NCBI GenBank assembly: GCA_043228905.1
Contig: JBHGNT010000020.1
Coordinates: 13,640,001 to 13,704,000, forward strand
DNA length: 64,000 bases
DNA from: Azolla caroliniana
Taxonomy: Eukaryota; Plantae; Polypodiophyta
Reading direction: 5' to 3'
Shown here: one piece after another, positions 1-13,061 of the stretch
How the letters are laid out: each line of letters opens with the position of its first letter
How positions within the stretch are numbered: the first letter of the stretch is position 1
Made by a program: the position numbers and the translations under genes
Notes under the pieces: model-generated
Told to the model about the DNA's origin: nothing
What the model saw: the letters and a program-made list of their open reading frames with translations, nothing else
Databases searched by the model: none

Positions 1-1479
1 TGCATGCCCACACCTGGCTATGTTGCTCCATGCCTCCACGAGGAAGAGATTCCAATCAATTTGATTCCTTGGTGTTTCAAATGTTTTGCATTCATACTTT
101 TCCCTCATTTTAATTGAGCCACATGATGTTATGAGATGTTTATAGCACATACTCTAGGTTTCTATCGAGCTTGACTTGTGTGTAGCCACTAAAACACATA
201 ACAAATCATTAACTAAAAGAACGTTATTGCATATTGGCCATTGCCTTACATTGTAAATTTTTTGTGTATGCCTTTGAGTTTTTAAAGACCCACTTTTTCA
301 TGTCATTTGTGTAGCATAGCGGCCACACAATTTAGTTTTATTAGTTGGTTTTTGTTAAGAGCAACAATAATTTTAAGCATATTTATATGTAATATGATTG
401 AGGGCTCCTTGTTGGGGTTAGATTTTGCTACTACTCTAACACTAATGGAGGCAATGCTAGAACTAAATTGTGTCAATATGCCACTCAAATATGTTGTTTT
501 ATCTCTTAGCATTTTAGGCCTTGAATTAAAATTTTGATGATAGATTTTTGGACGATCTACCTATCAATGTATGATAGCCAATTGTAAACTAAGTATGCAG
601 ATAACCATGGTTAACTAAGGTTGCACTAGGCTCATTGACTATTGGATGCCTATATGTTGACTAAAGTTTCGGAAACTAAGCTAGAAAATTTTCAAAAAAG
701 ACAAGAAAATGTTAAAATTGGGTCCATTGTAGCACGAAGCATATTGCAAGTGAAGACAAAAAAACAAAGGTAACACAAATGAGCCAAAACGGGAAAAACA
801 CTCGGCAGAAATGGTAAAAACATTTAATGGAACAAAATACATAGGTATTGGTTTGAGTTAACATAGTTCGTTCCATGGATAAATTGACTATGCACATGAA
901 GAAACTACACGACCAAGTGCACTACATAAACTATACACGTGGGCGATTGACACACCTTAAGCCTACACACCCATGTATATGATCTCTCTTGTTAATGCTT
1001 GTTACATGCTCTCTCTAAACCATCAATCTCCGTCGTACGAGTGTGACCCGATGACTTGTTCATTGTGATGTGCACATTGATCTTAGATACAAGCTATTTG
1101 CCCATTGGCACATAATGAATCGAGGCATGCCTCTACCTAGGTGATCGGCCTTACATTAATGATTAGGGTAATATAAAGTCACAGTAAGAAGTCTAGCCTT
1201 TAGCCTTCTACATGCTTTGATTGACTAACCATACTTACTCGGTTAATAAAGATTTTGCACACCATAAACCTAAAATGGTGAATCTGTTTGCAATGAGAAA
1301 CAAAATATCTTGTCTGGCGGTACAATTGTTTCGCTACTTGAACCTAATCTACCTATTAAAATAGAATTGCTATATATCAAGTGCCTCCCATATATCCAAT
1401 GGATGCAAATGTTATCCCATTCCGAAATGTACACAAAAAAGGTTATGCAAATCACAGAGATGATCGTGATATGTTCAGT

Positions 1480-2100
1480 AGATCCTTTGACGAATTTAGA
1501 GCTCCATACATATTTGTATTGTAAAATCTAGGGATTCGTTAGTCATGGGGGAGAGGAAGGGTTGTAAAAAAAAATAGGCATCATGATCAATGGTCTCAAA
1601 TTTAAAACGCAAACCTTCATTGGAATCTGGATATTAGGAGGTCATACTATGAATGCTTATGTCAAAATCTTCTACTTGTAAATAAAGGTGTATCCTGCAG
1701 TGGATTCAGCAAGAAATGACAGGGAAAGTGGTTTTTTCATTCTTCTTTTTCATATGTGAAGTTGCCATATACGGAATAGGCGAGCATATACACTCCACGA
1801 ACACTTAATATTCTCGTTGCCACTTGCATTACTCAAGGACCCAAAGTTTTTTTCGATATTGATGTTTTGTGGTTAAAAGCAAGTGAGAAATGTGAGTTGA
1901 TCATCTTTCTAACGTAGATATCTATGAATGCCAAACTATTCTTAAATAGAATAATAGATATGGTGGGAACCCCGACATATATATAAAAAATCACATTTGA
2001 AAATGTGTGTTGTGCATGATATTCATATCTATAACAAGGTGTCCTTACTGGAAAGCTGCCTTTGATGCTTTGAAGGATCGATGAAAATAATGTAGGCTTC
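1480..2100 (+). mobile_element. Highly degenerate Ty3/gypsy pol (RT/RNase H) remnant
   Basis: Broken translation near 1852-1910 gives FDIDV..VKSK*EM*VDHLS, resembling the RNase H end motif EFDIEV..KKGKENVVADHLS; many stops and frameshifts; boundaries approximate. Confidence 0.35.
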
Positions 2101-3740
2101 CTCATTCATCAAAATCAATGGGCATGAGCGTTGCCATATTTTTCTACCAAAATCTACTTTCCCACAACGTTCACCTTCACTTGTCATAGTTTTTTCTAGA
2201 AATAAACAAATACATGCAAATTGCTTAGCAATTAAGATAAAGGGGAGGTGTCTCTGTTAACAAGATTTCTCATCCCAATGAAGGTAAGACAACAATACAC
2301 TTTTAAGTAGAGGAATAGTACCAAACCTTGGAGATATCGTACCATCATGATTTATCCCACCCCTCTATGCCAATGGTCAAGTAGCAAAAATGTAGTTGCC
2401 TTGATTCCATAAAACCTTATAGTGATCAACAATAGAAATAGGGTGTTATCTTGCACACTCGCACATACACACACATTAGTGAGACAATCCTCTTAACATA
2501 ATGTGTTTGTTGTATGAGGATGCTCCTATCCTATGTCCTTGTGTATGTATTGAATGAAATTTATGCCATGACAAATGGAATTTAAATGACCCATATGTTA
2601 AATTTGTCACATGCCCCTCCCTATTCGTATGTTCCCCAAATTACATGGCACAAATATGTTAGTTTTATGTGTGTTTGCTAGTGAATTTAGTTTTACTAGC
2701 TATATTGTATGTATCCTATAACTATTAATGATCAAACCACCTTATATGATCAAGTCGATCATGATAAGTACGCATTTGATACAAGAGCTTGAAGGATAGT
2801 AGGTTCTAACTTCTTCACAAATCAACAAGCTCTACATAAACAAAAATCACAAATGAATAGTATAATAGAGTGCATTCACATGTATAACACTCATAACATG
2901 TAAAAGATCAACTCGATTCTACTATGCTGACAACAATGACTTGACCTTATATCGACATGCTCTCACTATTGGCTCACAACATTGATCATGAGCCAACGAA
3001 TGGAATGACCGGTGGTGACATTATGTCGTTGGCAAGGTTTAAGTTCCTTGGCTCAAGAAAGACTCATTCACGCTTGAGTGGTAGCGAGTGGTAGGTGTCT
3101 ACATTTGATAGTGCTAGGGCGCGCGGTCTGGATTCGCGAGTCATGACCAAAATCTTAGGGAAATCATGCCATGCCTTCTAGACTCTAGAAAGAGACATGC
3201 TTGGCACTCGTTCCAAACCAAAACCCAAAAGTCAATGGCATTGTCATGACTCATGAAGAAGCAAAGATGAATGAGTAGAGAGGCATCCATCCATCTATGC
3301 ATGTAGTATTAGTTATATTTATAGTTAATCTATGTGGTAGCAGTTAATGCATGCCTTGAAGTGATGATGACATGGGGGGTTGTGTGTGTGTGTGTGTGAA
3401 GTGCATTAATGAATGGTGAAACTAACATCATTTATTGATTGTAGGAGGAATCAAAGAATAAAAAAAGAAGAACACATAGAATTGTAAGTCTCAAATCCTT
3501 CCTTCAGGTCCCATGAAATGATGGCCACAAAAATAAAAGTAAAAGAAACAAAATAAATTAACTGATCAAACAATCTCTTGAGGAAATACAAAGACAAATT
3601 GTAGGAAAATTAGAAAATAAAACAAATGCAAAAATTTTAAGGAAATTTTAATTACTTAAATTAAAGAAAAAATAAAACAACTTAGAAATATTAAAGGAAA
3701 TTTTTGGAAATTAAAAACAAATAAAGCTATGAAAAGATAG

Positions 3741-4700
3741 TGTTGTACACTTTGCACTGAGTCTCACAACTCCTCTTACACACACTCACTCACTCACTCG
3801 TTCTACTTTCTCTCTCTCTCTCTCTCTCTTCTCTTGGGATGCTCCACAATACCCTCCCAATCATGCATATCTCAATAATAATGCAGAAAATCGTCCTTGG
3901 ACAAAATAGTTCAAAAAAAAGCCTTATACTAAGTTCTAACTATGGAGTGTTTCTCTAGGCACACACACATATGGCCTACAAGTCTACCTATAGAGTAAGA
4001 CTACATTAGTACTATATTCTCTCTCTCTCTCTCTCCCCCCAAACAAAACAAGAGACAATCTTATGTGTTGTTTGTTGTGTGAAGTAGTTACATGGGAGGT
4101 ATTTAGGTGGCCCCTCACATTCTTTTGACCACCTTGCACACTCCTTTCCCCAACCTCAAAAAAACAATTTTGTGCTTGCACATCTACAGATCCCATACGA
4201 ATCGTTTTCCACTCCACTTTCTACAAGCTGAACCCCCCCTCCTTTGAATCATGTGATGGGTGGTAGAATAATAAAACTCTTGTTGCCTAAACTCCCTACA
4301 TCAAGTATTCTCAATGCTAACTACCTCCCCATGGTACGAAACTAAATTTCTTACTATAAACCTACAAGTAAGGAGTCCCAAACATTTGTGCTTATGACAC
4401 TCATACCAAGGATACAAAACTAGTTATTGATAGGCACAAATAGTATGATTCTCCGACCTTATTACGTTGCTTCAGACATTGTTATTTTTGAAGATCTCAA
4501 GCACATCGGGCAAAACAAGCCTTTTGACATGGTATTTGCGTTGCATGTCCTTTGAGGATACAATGGGGATTCACCAGCACAAAATATGCCATGATTTCAA
4601 GATCACTTTTGAAAGGTTGGAGTGTAATAATGGCATGCTAAAACTTCGAATAACATATTCCTTGAAAAAGTTGGAGATATTCTATTTGTGGATATTTATA
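3741..4700 (-). mobile_element. Putative old LTR (about 3741-4225) with adjacent PPT and internal remnant
   Basis: TGT...ACA-bounded segment. On the minus strand a purine tract AAAGGAGGGGGGG (4233-4245) lies 7 nt before TGTAGAAAG. Confidence 0.3.
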
Positions 4701-7700
4701 TATTTTTGCAGATAAGGGATTGATTTTTAAAGTGGATTTTAGAGTTTACCGAGGCATTTGCAATTTTCCTCTCATTCCTTAATAATGTCTTGTATCTTGA
4801 CTAGTTTGCTATGATCTAAAATCTTGATTTGTCTAGCAACTCTTGTAAGGTTACTCTTCCTTAAAGTTTCCTACCTTGAGTTTTCTTTATCTACATGCAT
4901 CATTGCTTTCTAATATGTATACAGTATATATATGTTTAACAACCCAAAAAACATTTGTAGTTCTTGTCACGTACCCCATATCCCCCTTTCAACAATCAAG
5001 TCTGTATAATTTGGTGAGATTTAACGGTGAATGGTTCATTATTAAATTACAGACTTCCACAGTGCCGGCATATGTTTTATTGAAAAGGAAAATACCACAG
5101 GTTTCCAACTCCCATAAGCCAAGATTTTCCAGCAGAGAATTAGAGAAAGATCATATCCCTGACCACCAAAGTTGACACATGCTTTCAATGAGCCAAAGCG
5201 TCATTAACAAACCAATGGGTACTACAAACAATCAACAAATGTCCCTGTTGTGTTCTGGTGTCCTTAATGTCATAGTTACTAAAATCCATGTATACAATAT
5301 GTTGACAATGAAGATGCAACCAATTATATGCAAGGGAAATTACCTAGGTGAGTAATTATTTCAACTTATAATGTAATAAAGATGCAACATATTATATACA
5401 TCATTGTTAACAAAACAAAATGCATCTAGTATGTTGTGATTACAGTGAAGTAAGATAGGCTATAAATTCACATAGACATGTATCAAATCATGATGCACAA
5501 GATTATATGAATCCTTCTTTGCTATATATAATGTAAAGACATTAATAAAATCAACTGAAGCGTAAAATTAATAACAATGCATTAAAAAGTAAACCACATC
5601 ATGAAATCATCACCTTTAGACATCATATAGGAGACATTGCGCTATACCTAAATATATGGCCTTACACAAAACTTTTGCAACCCAACAGGTTGAAAAAGAA
5701 TACCTTTGGCTTAAAGATTTCCCAAAGCATCCATCTTCTTAGAGGGGTAAATACCAGGAGAAAACAAAACAGAGTTCATTGACCTTGGACTCCTCATAAA
5801 CTAAATAGAAGTAGCGATGACTATTGGAGAGTATAAGCTAGTATTAGTGTATAGTAAATTTGAAAATCAGATAATTTAAAATTGCGAGAATTCTCATATT
5901 AACTCGGTAAAGATAATGGGTAGATCTAACCACATTGCAGCTGAATAAATTAGTTTCAGAAGGGATCAGGATGTACAAGATAACCCACCCATTGGCATAG
6001 CTATATTCAAACAAATGGAACATGTGTGCGATTATATCCCTCACCTTAGTGACCAAATTAGAGACACATCTTACAACGCAATGTATTTGACTTCCTTCAA
6101 TTAGAAGTTGCTTCAAAGACGAGCATAGACCATGCCACCTCAGATTGAATTAGAAAGGACTTAGTGCCAGAAGGAAACTCAAACAAATGCCTAGAAGAGG
6201 ATCAGTTCTAATCATTTACAAAAGGTTGAAATAACATGAGCACAAAGATTTTTCAAACTTAGAGAAAGTAGGTCGAATGCCCCAAAAACGTGTTCAAGCA
6301 AAGATCCAGAGGCATCAATACAGAACTGATAACCTACTCTATCAGGATAGCCAATTCGCCCGCAGAAGCATGTATAACTCTCCTTGAATTGCATGGACAA
6401 CAAACAAAAACTATCCACTAAGGAAAGGATCTATAGATGTTCCAACGAGGATGTTCACCGTTTGCTGTTTCACACAGTGGTATATTGTACTGTAGCTTTG
6501 TGATAGGCAAATACACTCATGATAAAGTCAAGCTGGACACAAATGCACACACATATCTATAGCTGCAAATTGTAATAAGTTTTCACTATTATCATTGGGC
6601 AGTAATTCTCACAAGTCTCCAATTTTGTTTGATAATTACTGTGCATCTTGCCTGATCATTCAATGCCAGATTTCTATCTTTTGTGAATCTCTCTGTAATT
6701 TAAAGGATTCATTCTTTGCATAAAAATATCACTCTAGCCATCTCAAGTGTACTAAGTTATACTAAACAAAGCATGGAAGGGTTTTGAATTCATTGAATAT
6801 GAGACTATATTTTTATTCTATTTTGGTATGAACCTTCCACATTCACTGAAGGTGAGTTTTTGCCAGTTTTTCACCTCTCATAATCATGTGCACTTGTCAA
6901 ATGCCTTCTAGATGGCAGCCTCCTTCACAATGAATCTAGTTTCTTGGATATAACATCCAGCCAAGCCAGTCTTAGTAAGTTCAAAATCATAAGAGGAATA
7001 ATCAAGTTACATTTAGTAACTCAAAAGTTTTATGAATCTTTTAAAGTTACTCAACTCCAGCATTTACAGACATACAAAAGATTTATTGCTTTCTTGAAGG
7101 CTTGGTACATTGTTTTACTTAATATTAATTGCAAAACTTTTCATGCTGCTGAATGAAGAGTATCCTATAGCATATCAACAAGATGTAGGGTTTCAAGTGC
7201 ATTATTACGATCTATTAGAATAGAACTTCTTGATGATTAGAAATACTTATCTATGGAATCAAGTATTGGAAATCCAATAATTTCGTATGCTGATAGTTTG
7301 TCAGTGTTATGAAAAAAAGAAATTATTTGATCCATCATAATGTGTATCTAGTTAGCTAAAACTAGCTACAAAACAAGATATTAAGGTTAAGCTTGTGTGA
7401 CAGGTTAAAACACGTGCCAAAATGATACACATAGATATCGAAAAAAGTTATATTAACATATAAAAAAGGCATATACACACATACCGAAGAATTTATGTGC
7501 AGACATATCAAAGAAAGGGCATACAAAAAAATGAAAAAGTTAATAGATAACTATATTTCTATGAGAAAATATAACTAGATGTTTCACTGCAAGAAGTTGT
7601 ACGTGTAAAAATGAAACGAGCTTAAAACAATTTTGGACCATTGTAAACACTAAAAATAATTCGGACCAAATCAAAGACAGAAAACACACACTCCAACTCC

Positions 7701-8250
7701 AATGGCAAATGCAAACACATCACACGACCACATTAAAATACATATATGTTTTTTTACATGTACATTTAAATTAAAAAATTTATTTTTCTCCTCATAACAA
7801 AAGAATCGAAGAATTTCTTCCCGCGTTTCTATTCTAGTAAGAAATATTTCCACGTTTTTGTCATTTTTACTATCGTCGAAGGGACAGAAATGGTTACATA
7901 TCATCTTTGACTCAAGATTCCAGAAAAAATCCTTGCCCGACACATTGTAACTACACAGAAAAAAAAAATCCTTTAAATAAAAACTCGATCAATGAAGGTT
8001 ATGGTTACAATCACAGTAAATCTGATCAGTACAAAGGCTGTTCATGATATCCTCATCCATCAAAACTAAACTGAGTGATGATCAAGCTTCATATCAATTC
8101 TCTTTCATTTGATATGTGTGTATGCTAAAGAGAGTCTAGAATAGTACAGTACAGTATAGTACATTTGTATACGCGTCATTCTCTATCGACATAACAAAGC
8201 CTGAAGTGGTAAAGATAACAAAACGATCACCAGAAACTTAGTTACACCGA

Positions 8251-8400
8251 CCTGTGCGAAGACATCTCCATCTCCATCTCCATCTTCATCATCTTAACCT
8301 CCAAACTCCTTCACCATCATCGTTTCCATTTTCGTCTTCATCGTCGTGCTCCGGATTTCCTGCTGCATCATCGCATTCGCAATGGCGAAACCCTAAGAAA
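8251..8400 (-). other. Putative first exon of a spliced minus-strand transcript with no long ORF
   Basis: Telo-box AAACCCTA at 8388-8395, a purine-rich UTR-like stretch, then a CAG|GTCGGT donor at about 8251. Candidate downstream exon boundaries lie near 6532, 5704 and 5245, but no convincing protein results. Confidence 0.35.
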
Positions 8401-10399
8401 CGGGAAATGGTTACCCTTCAAATTCATAAGGTTTGGAGTATTTCCAAAACTACCCCTACGTTTTCACGAAATTACCAGACATAACATGAGAGGCTCTTAG
8501 CCATGAGATAAAAGAAGAGGCTCTAAATTAATATTGACACTAGCCAAAGAAAAACTCCCTTGGGGAATAATCGTCTATTATAAGTTAATCATCATTCATA
8601 ACAAAAGGGTTGTATCCGAACAATTTGCTTGTACGATGGATTGAACGTGCACGCTGGTGAATGAGTCATATCCATTACCAGATAGTTCCCAACAATAGAC
8701 AATAAATCTCGAGTAAAACGGATACATGCATGCTTAGTATGTAAAAGAAAGAAAAGAAAGATTGGGAAACCAGATGATGTGATGCTCTGAATGTCATAGA
8801 AGTTCGAGAGGTTCTTCTTAAAGGTTTGTCTCACCAGATATAAGCATATTCTAGAAAGAAATATTGTGAAACTAGATGATGTGATGGTCCAAATGTTATA
8901 GAAGTTGGGGGTTTGTCGAAATGACTGTTTCTCTTAACATATAGTATCCTTTAGTATGATCACGATTCATGTCATCTCTTCCCCTTGTTCTAGCTTAAAA
9001 CTCCTATGGACTCTTAGACTATGAGCGTTATCATGAGTCATTTGTACATTGTTCACTCTTGTACTATAGTATATGTGCACACGTTTCATATTCAACCATT
9101 TCCCGTAACTTTTTATCGAATGAGTGATTATTTAAGTTGTTTATTGAGGATCTTCAAGTATCCATAAATGTGATTGTGATATGTACTTATCCTATTGTGA
9201 GACTCTAGCAAGAAAAGGATGGATAAGTGCAACGATGAGTAAATGAAGCAAGGGAGATGTATTGAGAGAAATATCATATTAATGGAATGGGAGTGACCAA
9301 GCACATGCAAGAGGGAGCTATATACTTCCTTATGAGATCCATCAATATGACTTCCTACTTTAGTTGTTTACAAAACACATTGTTTGTCAAACGAGAAGGG
9401 ATGAAAATGCTATATTTCAATCCTCCACGAGGTGATATGATTATAATTTATAACCATGTCATGAAGAACAAAGGGAACCATGTAATGCATAAATCCTTCA
9501 AGCACTTCCTCTCCCTCCAAAGGATTTTGAAAATTGAAGTATCATATTTATACAACATCCTCTCCCTCTAAAGTTGTTATAATAGTTACGTGGATGTAAT
9601 TCATGTTTCTATTAGTCATGACAACCTTGTGTTAAAACAATAGATAACTCTTACTTTAATTACAACTTTTAGTCTTTAGGAGTGTGATTTATGAAATGGA
9701 CTTATCCTACCATAAATACCATTTGTATATGTTAGATTGTTATTCTTTGTGGAGTGGAGCAAGAGATGAATATGTTAAATCATTCTCATGTAATCCCAAA
9801 GGGAGAAGTCTTAGTTGTGAAAGCAAAAATACCCTTCAAGAGAAATTCCAAAATATCTCACCCTTTCTTTCTATTTCCTAAGGTTCCATGAGGTTTTGGG
9901 TACATTTCATACCCATGATTGATGCTTGAAAATGGGTAATATGGGAGGGGATGCAGTGAGTATATCACTAATCACACATCACATGTAACAGATGATCGAT
10001 ATGTTGAATAATGCTCGTGAAACCTCGAAGGGAGGAGTTGATCTGTGAGTTTGGTGATACATTTGGAAGAAGTTTTGGGATACCCCCTCGTTTTTCTTTA
10101 TTTCCTCGCATGCCCTTGGCTCTTTTGGACATTTTCCTATTGAATGCATGTTGGTCAACCCCAAAAAGTCAAGAACATGGGGTTTGGGATGAAGTGAATA
10201 TGTATACAATTTATAGTTTCGTGGCATGCAATGGATGTGTTAGGGAGGTGTCTAAAATGTGACAGTCGGAAGGCCTTTTTCGAAACATGCCCCCTTTGTT
10301 CCTCTTTATTTTATTTTATTTTCCAAAACAACATATTCTTCCATTAGGTTTAAAAAGGCATATCAAATACAAAATACAAAATAGAGAAGTGATAATTCT

Positions 10400-10900
10400 T
10401 CCCAACCCGTCTTGTGTAAGACAATGGCTAGCCATGGATCCTTCATTTGATAGAAATGATTGAGCACTTCCTCAATTTTTCCCATTCTCAACATCTTGAG
10501 TATCACCACACACTTTCAAGCCAAAAACAAGTACAAATGTATTTGGCAAGATATTATGTGTTTGCATCTCCTTCATGAGGTTTAGTGCTTCCTCACCATG
10601 CTCATGTTCTACATAACCAATTATTAGTGCAGTCCATAGGATCACATCTTTGACTAGGAAGTTGTCAAAAACTCGATGTGCTACTTCAATCAATCCAATT
10701 GAAAATAAGAAGATCTTTGTTGAATCCTTTCTTAAATATCTAAGCATGCATTTGCTTGATGAATACTAGACTATTGTATGATTTCATGGAGCAAAGTAAT
10801 GGTATAGTGTCTTGAAAAACACCTTTTTGTTACATTTTCTCAATACAACAGATTACCTTCTCAACATCCCCACATTCAATATATCCTAAAACTAATGCGT
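10400..10900 (-). pseudogene. PLS-class pentatricopeptide repeat (PPR) gene fragment
   Basis: ORF 10472-10747 contains AHRVFDNFLVKDVILWTALIIGYVEHEHGEEALNLMKEMQ...LKVCG, a typical P-L-S motif junction; flanks are broken by stops. Confidence 0.8.
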
Positions 10901-10941
10901 TCCACAATACTACATCTTTACTTGTGAGTTTGAGAGACACG

Positions 10942-11197
10942 TATTCCTCTTTATTTCTGTAGATGGCTCAGGGTTATTATGGTATTTGCCACCCGAAGGT
11001 GCATGCTTGGGCTCGAACAAGTAGAGCAAGGCAGAGGTGTTAGAGAGGTGTTTGATTCGTGACAGTCTGAAGGCCTTTCGGGAATGTTTCGAAACATGCC
11101 GCCTTATTCCTCTTTATTTCTGTATCTATGGCTCAGGGTTTTTCTGGTATTTGCCACCACGAAGGTGCATGGTTGGGCCCGAACAGGTAGAGCAAGG
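10942..11197. repeat. Imperfect direct repeat (about 163 bp period) upstream of KIN17
   Basis: tattcctctttatttctgta...gtagagcaagg occurs at 10942-11030 and 11105-11197. The linker segment 11038-11120 also recurs at about 10238-10310. Confidence 0.8.
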
Positions 11198-11245
11198 TGG
11201 TTGGCAGTATAAGTATACTCTCTCTTGTATGTATATTTATCTCTC

Positions 11246-11279
<34 letters not shown>

Positions 11280-11513
11280 TCTCTTCATGTCCAAATATAC
11301 TCATATAATATAATACCACATAAAATTGATCTCTTTTTGGAAGGTTGGCTGTCTAAGGTCATTTATGTAAATAAGGAAATCTCAGGGGGTAGTTTGGGTA
11401 ATAAGTAAAACATAGAAGCATACATTTATAAATTCCTCTGAGTACTAAATTAACAAAGAAATCGTTCATATACATATATAACATAAAATGTTGTTTCTCT
11501 GCTCCTATGAGAT

Positions 11514-11528
11514 TTAGGGTTAGGGTTT
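11514..11528 (+). promoter_or_regulatory. Telo-box (TTAGGGTTAGGGTTT) near the KIN17 start
   Basis: Tandem TAGGGTT(T) about 150 bp upstream of the ATG; telo-boxes are common at plant housekeeping gene starts. Confidence 0.5.
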
Positions 11529-11672
11529 GGTCACCCAGGCGAAGAACCAGAGAGAGAAGGCCCACTGACAAGGAGGAACACAGAGACAGAAGCAGAAGAA
11601 AACAGGAAACAGCCGAGAGGAGATACAAAGAAGAAGAAGAAGAAGAGGAGGAGGAGGAGGAGGAGGAGAGGG

Positions 11673-13061
11673 ATGGGGAAGAACGAGTTCTTGACGCCCA
11701 AAGCCATCGCCAACAGGATCAAAGCGAAAGGCCTACAGAAGCTACGATGGTACTGCCAAATGTGTCAGAAACAGTGCCGAGACGAGAATGGATTCAAATG
11801 CCATTGTATGAGCGAGAGTCATCAGAGGCAGATGCAGGTATTTGGTGATAACCCTAATCGTTTTGTGGATGGTTTCTCACAAGAATTCGAGAAATCCTTT
11901 TTGGAACATGTCAAAAGAAGCCATAGGTTCAGTAGAGTTGCTGCCACTGTTCTTTACAATGAATACATAGCTGATCGACACCATGTTCATATGAATTCTA
12001 CTCAGTGGGCCACACTTACTGAGTTCGTTAAACATCTTGGAAAGATAGGTAAATGTAAGGTAGATGAGACTGAGAAAGGCTGGTTTGTGACTTATATTGA
12101 TAGAGAACCTGAGACTCTTCTGAAAGAAGCTCTAAAGAATAAGAGAGAGAGGTCGGAGATGGCTGATGAAGAGAGACATGAGCGAGAGATTCAACAGCAG
12201 ATCTCTCGAGCGTCAAAAAGTGGTCGGTTTTCTGATACGGGTGAGAAGGATGAGAATGGAGAAGGAGAAGGAAATGGCGAGGGTAATGGTGATGATGGTG
12301 ATTCTCGCATTCTTCTTGAAGAAAAGAAATTACTTCAAAGAAGCAGTGAAGATGAGAAAGTTGTATTTTCGTTTAGCACATTGAGGCCAAAGGTCAACCA
12401 TGAAGAGAACACTGTAACGAAGGGTAAGATCAATGGATTGGTTTCCTTTGAAGATGATTCTATAGGTATGAAAGATATTTCAGAGAATTTGAGTCTTCCT
12501 TCAAAGTCTAAATCTAAAGAGTTATCGAAGAATTCAAAGTCAACCATTAAAGATATACCTGAGAATTCAACTCACCAATCTCAAAACAGTAGTGTAATTT
12601 CTAGAGAAGATGAGAAGAAATTTTCAAGTGCTAAAGGTGGTAGAGATGCCCTTGCACAACTAATGGCCGAGGAAGAGAAAGCAAAAGAGAAAGTGAATAG
12701 GAAAGATTATTGGTTGACCGAGGGATTAGTAGTGAAAGTGATGAGTAAGAGTCTTATGGACCAAGGTTTATACAAACAAAAAGGAGTTGTAAGGAAAGTG
12801 ATAGGAAAGTATGTTGGTGAAATCAAGATGCTCGAAAGTGGTATGGTCGTGAAGGTTGATCAAGCAGAGTTAGAGACGGTTATACCACAAATTGGAGGTA
12901 TTGTAAAGATAGTTAATGGAGCATATAGAGGATCTAATGCAAGGCTGTTATCCATCAAAACATCGGATTTCACTGCAAAGGTCCAGATTGAGAAAGGTAT
13001 TTATGATGGCAGGATGTTGAATGCTGTTGATTATGAAGACATTTGTAAATTCTCATCTTGA
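11673..13061 (+). CDS. KIN17: KIN17-like DNA/RNA-binding protein (C2H2 zinc finger, winged helix, C-terminal KOW/SH3-like), intronless, 462 aa
   Basis: N-terminus MGKNEFLTPKAIANRIKAKGLQKLRWYCQMCQKQCRDENGFKCH, HMNSTQW motif, C-terminal DQAELETVIP...YEDICK. Confidence 0.97.
   Translation: MGKNEFLTPKAIANRIKAKGLQKLRWYCQMCQKQCRDENGFKCHCMSESHQRQMQVFGDNPNRFVDGFSQEFEKSFLEHVKRSHRFSRVAATVLYNEYIADRHHVHMNSTQWATLTEFVKHLGKIGKCKVDETEKGWFVTYIDREPETLLKEALKNKRERSEMADEERHEREIQQQISRASKSGRFSDTGEKDENGEGEGNGEGNGDDGDSRILLEEKKLLQRSSEDEKVVFSFSTLRPKVNHEENTVTKGKINGLVSFEDDSIGMKDISENLSLPSKSKSKELSKNSKSTIKDIPENSTHQSQNSSVISREDEKKFSSAKGGRDALAQLMAEEEKAKEKVNRKDYWLTEGLVVKVMSKSLMDQGLYKQKGVVRKVIGKYVGEIKMLESGMVVKVDQAELETVIPQIGGIVKIVNGAYRGSNARLLSIKTSDFTAKVQIEKGIYDGRMLNAVDYEDICKFSS

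Noticed and set aside
6944-7156. Second PPR remnant (FIAFLKAW)
   Set aside because: Only one short motif-like match, which is insufficient support.
8560-10000. Possible decayed retroelement, also suspected at about 14400-15960
   Set aside because: The texture is suggestive but no diagnostic motif could be reconstructed by eye.
11507-11848. 113-aa Glu/Arg-rich ORF overlapping the KIN17 start
   Set aside because: It derives from GAA/GAG microsatellites in the 5' UTR, and its ATG lies before the telo-box, probably upstream of the transcript start.
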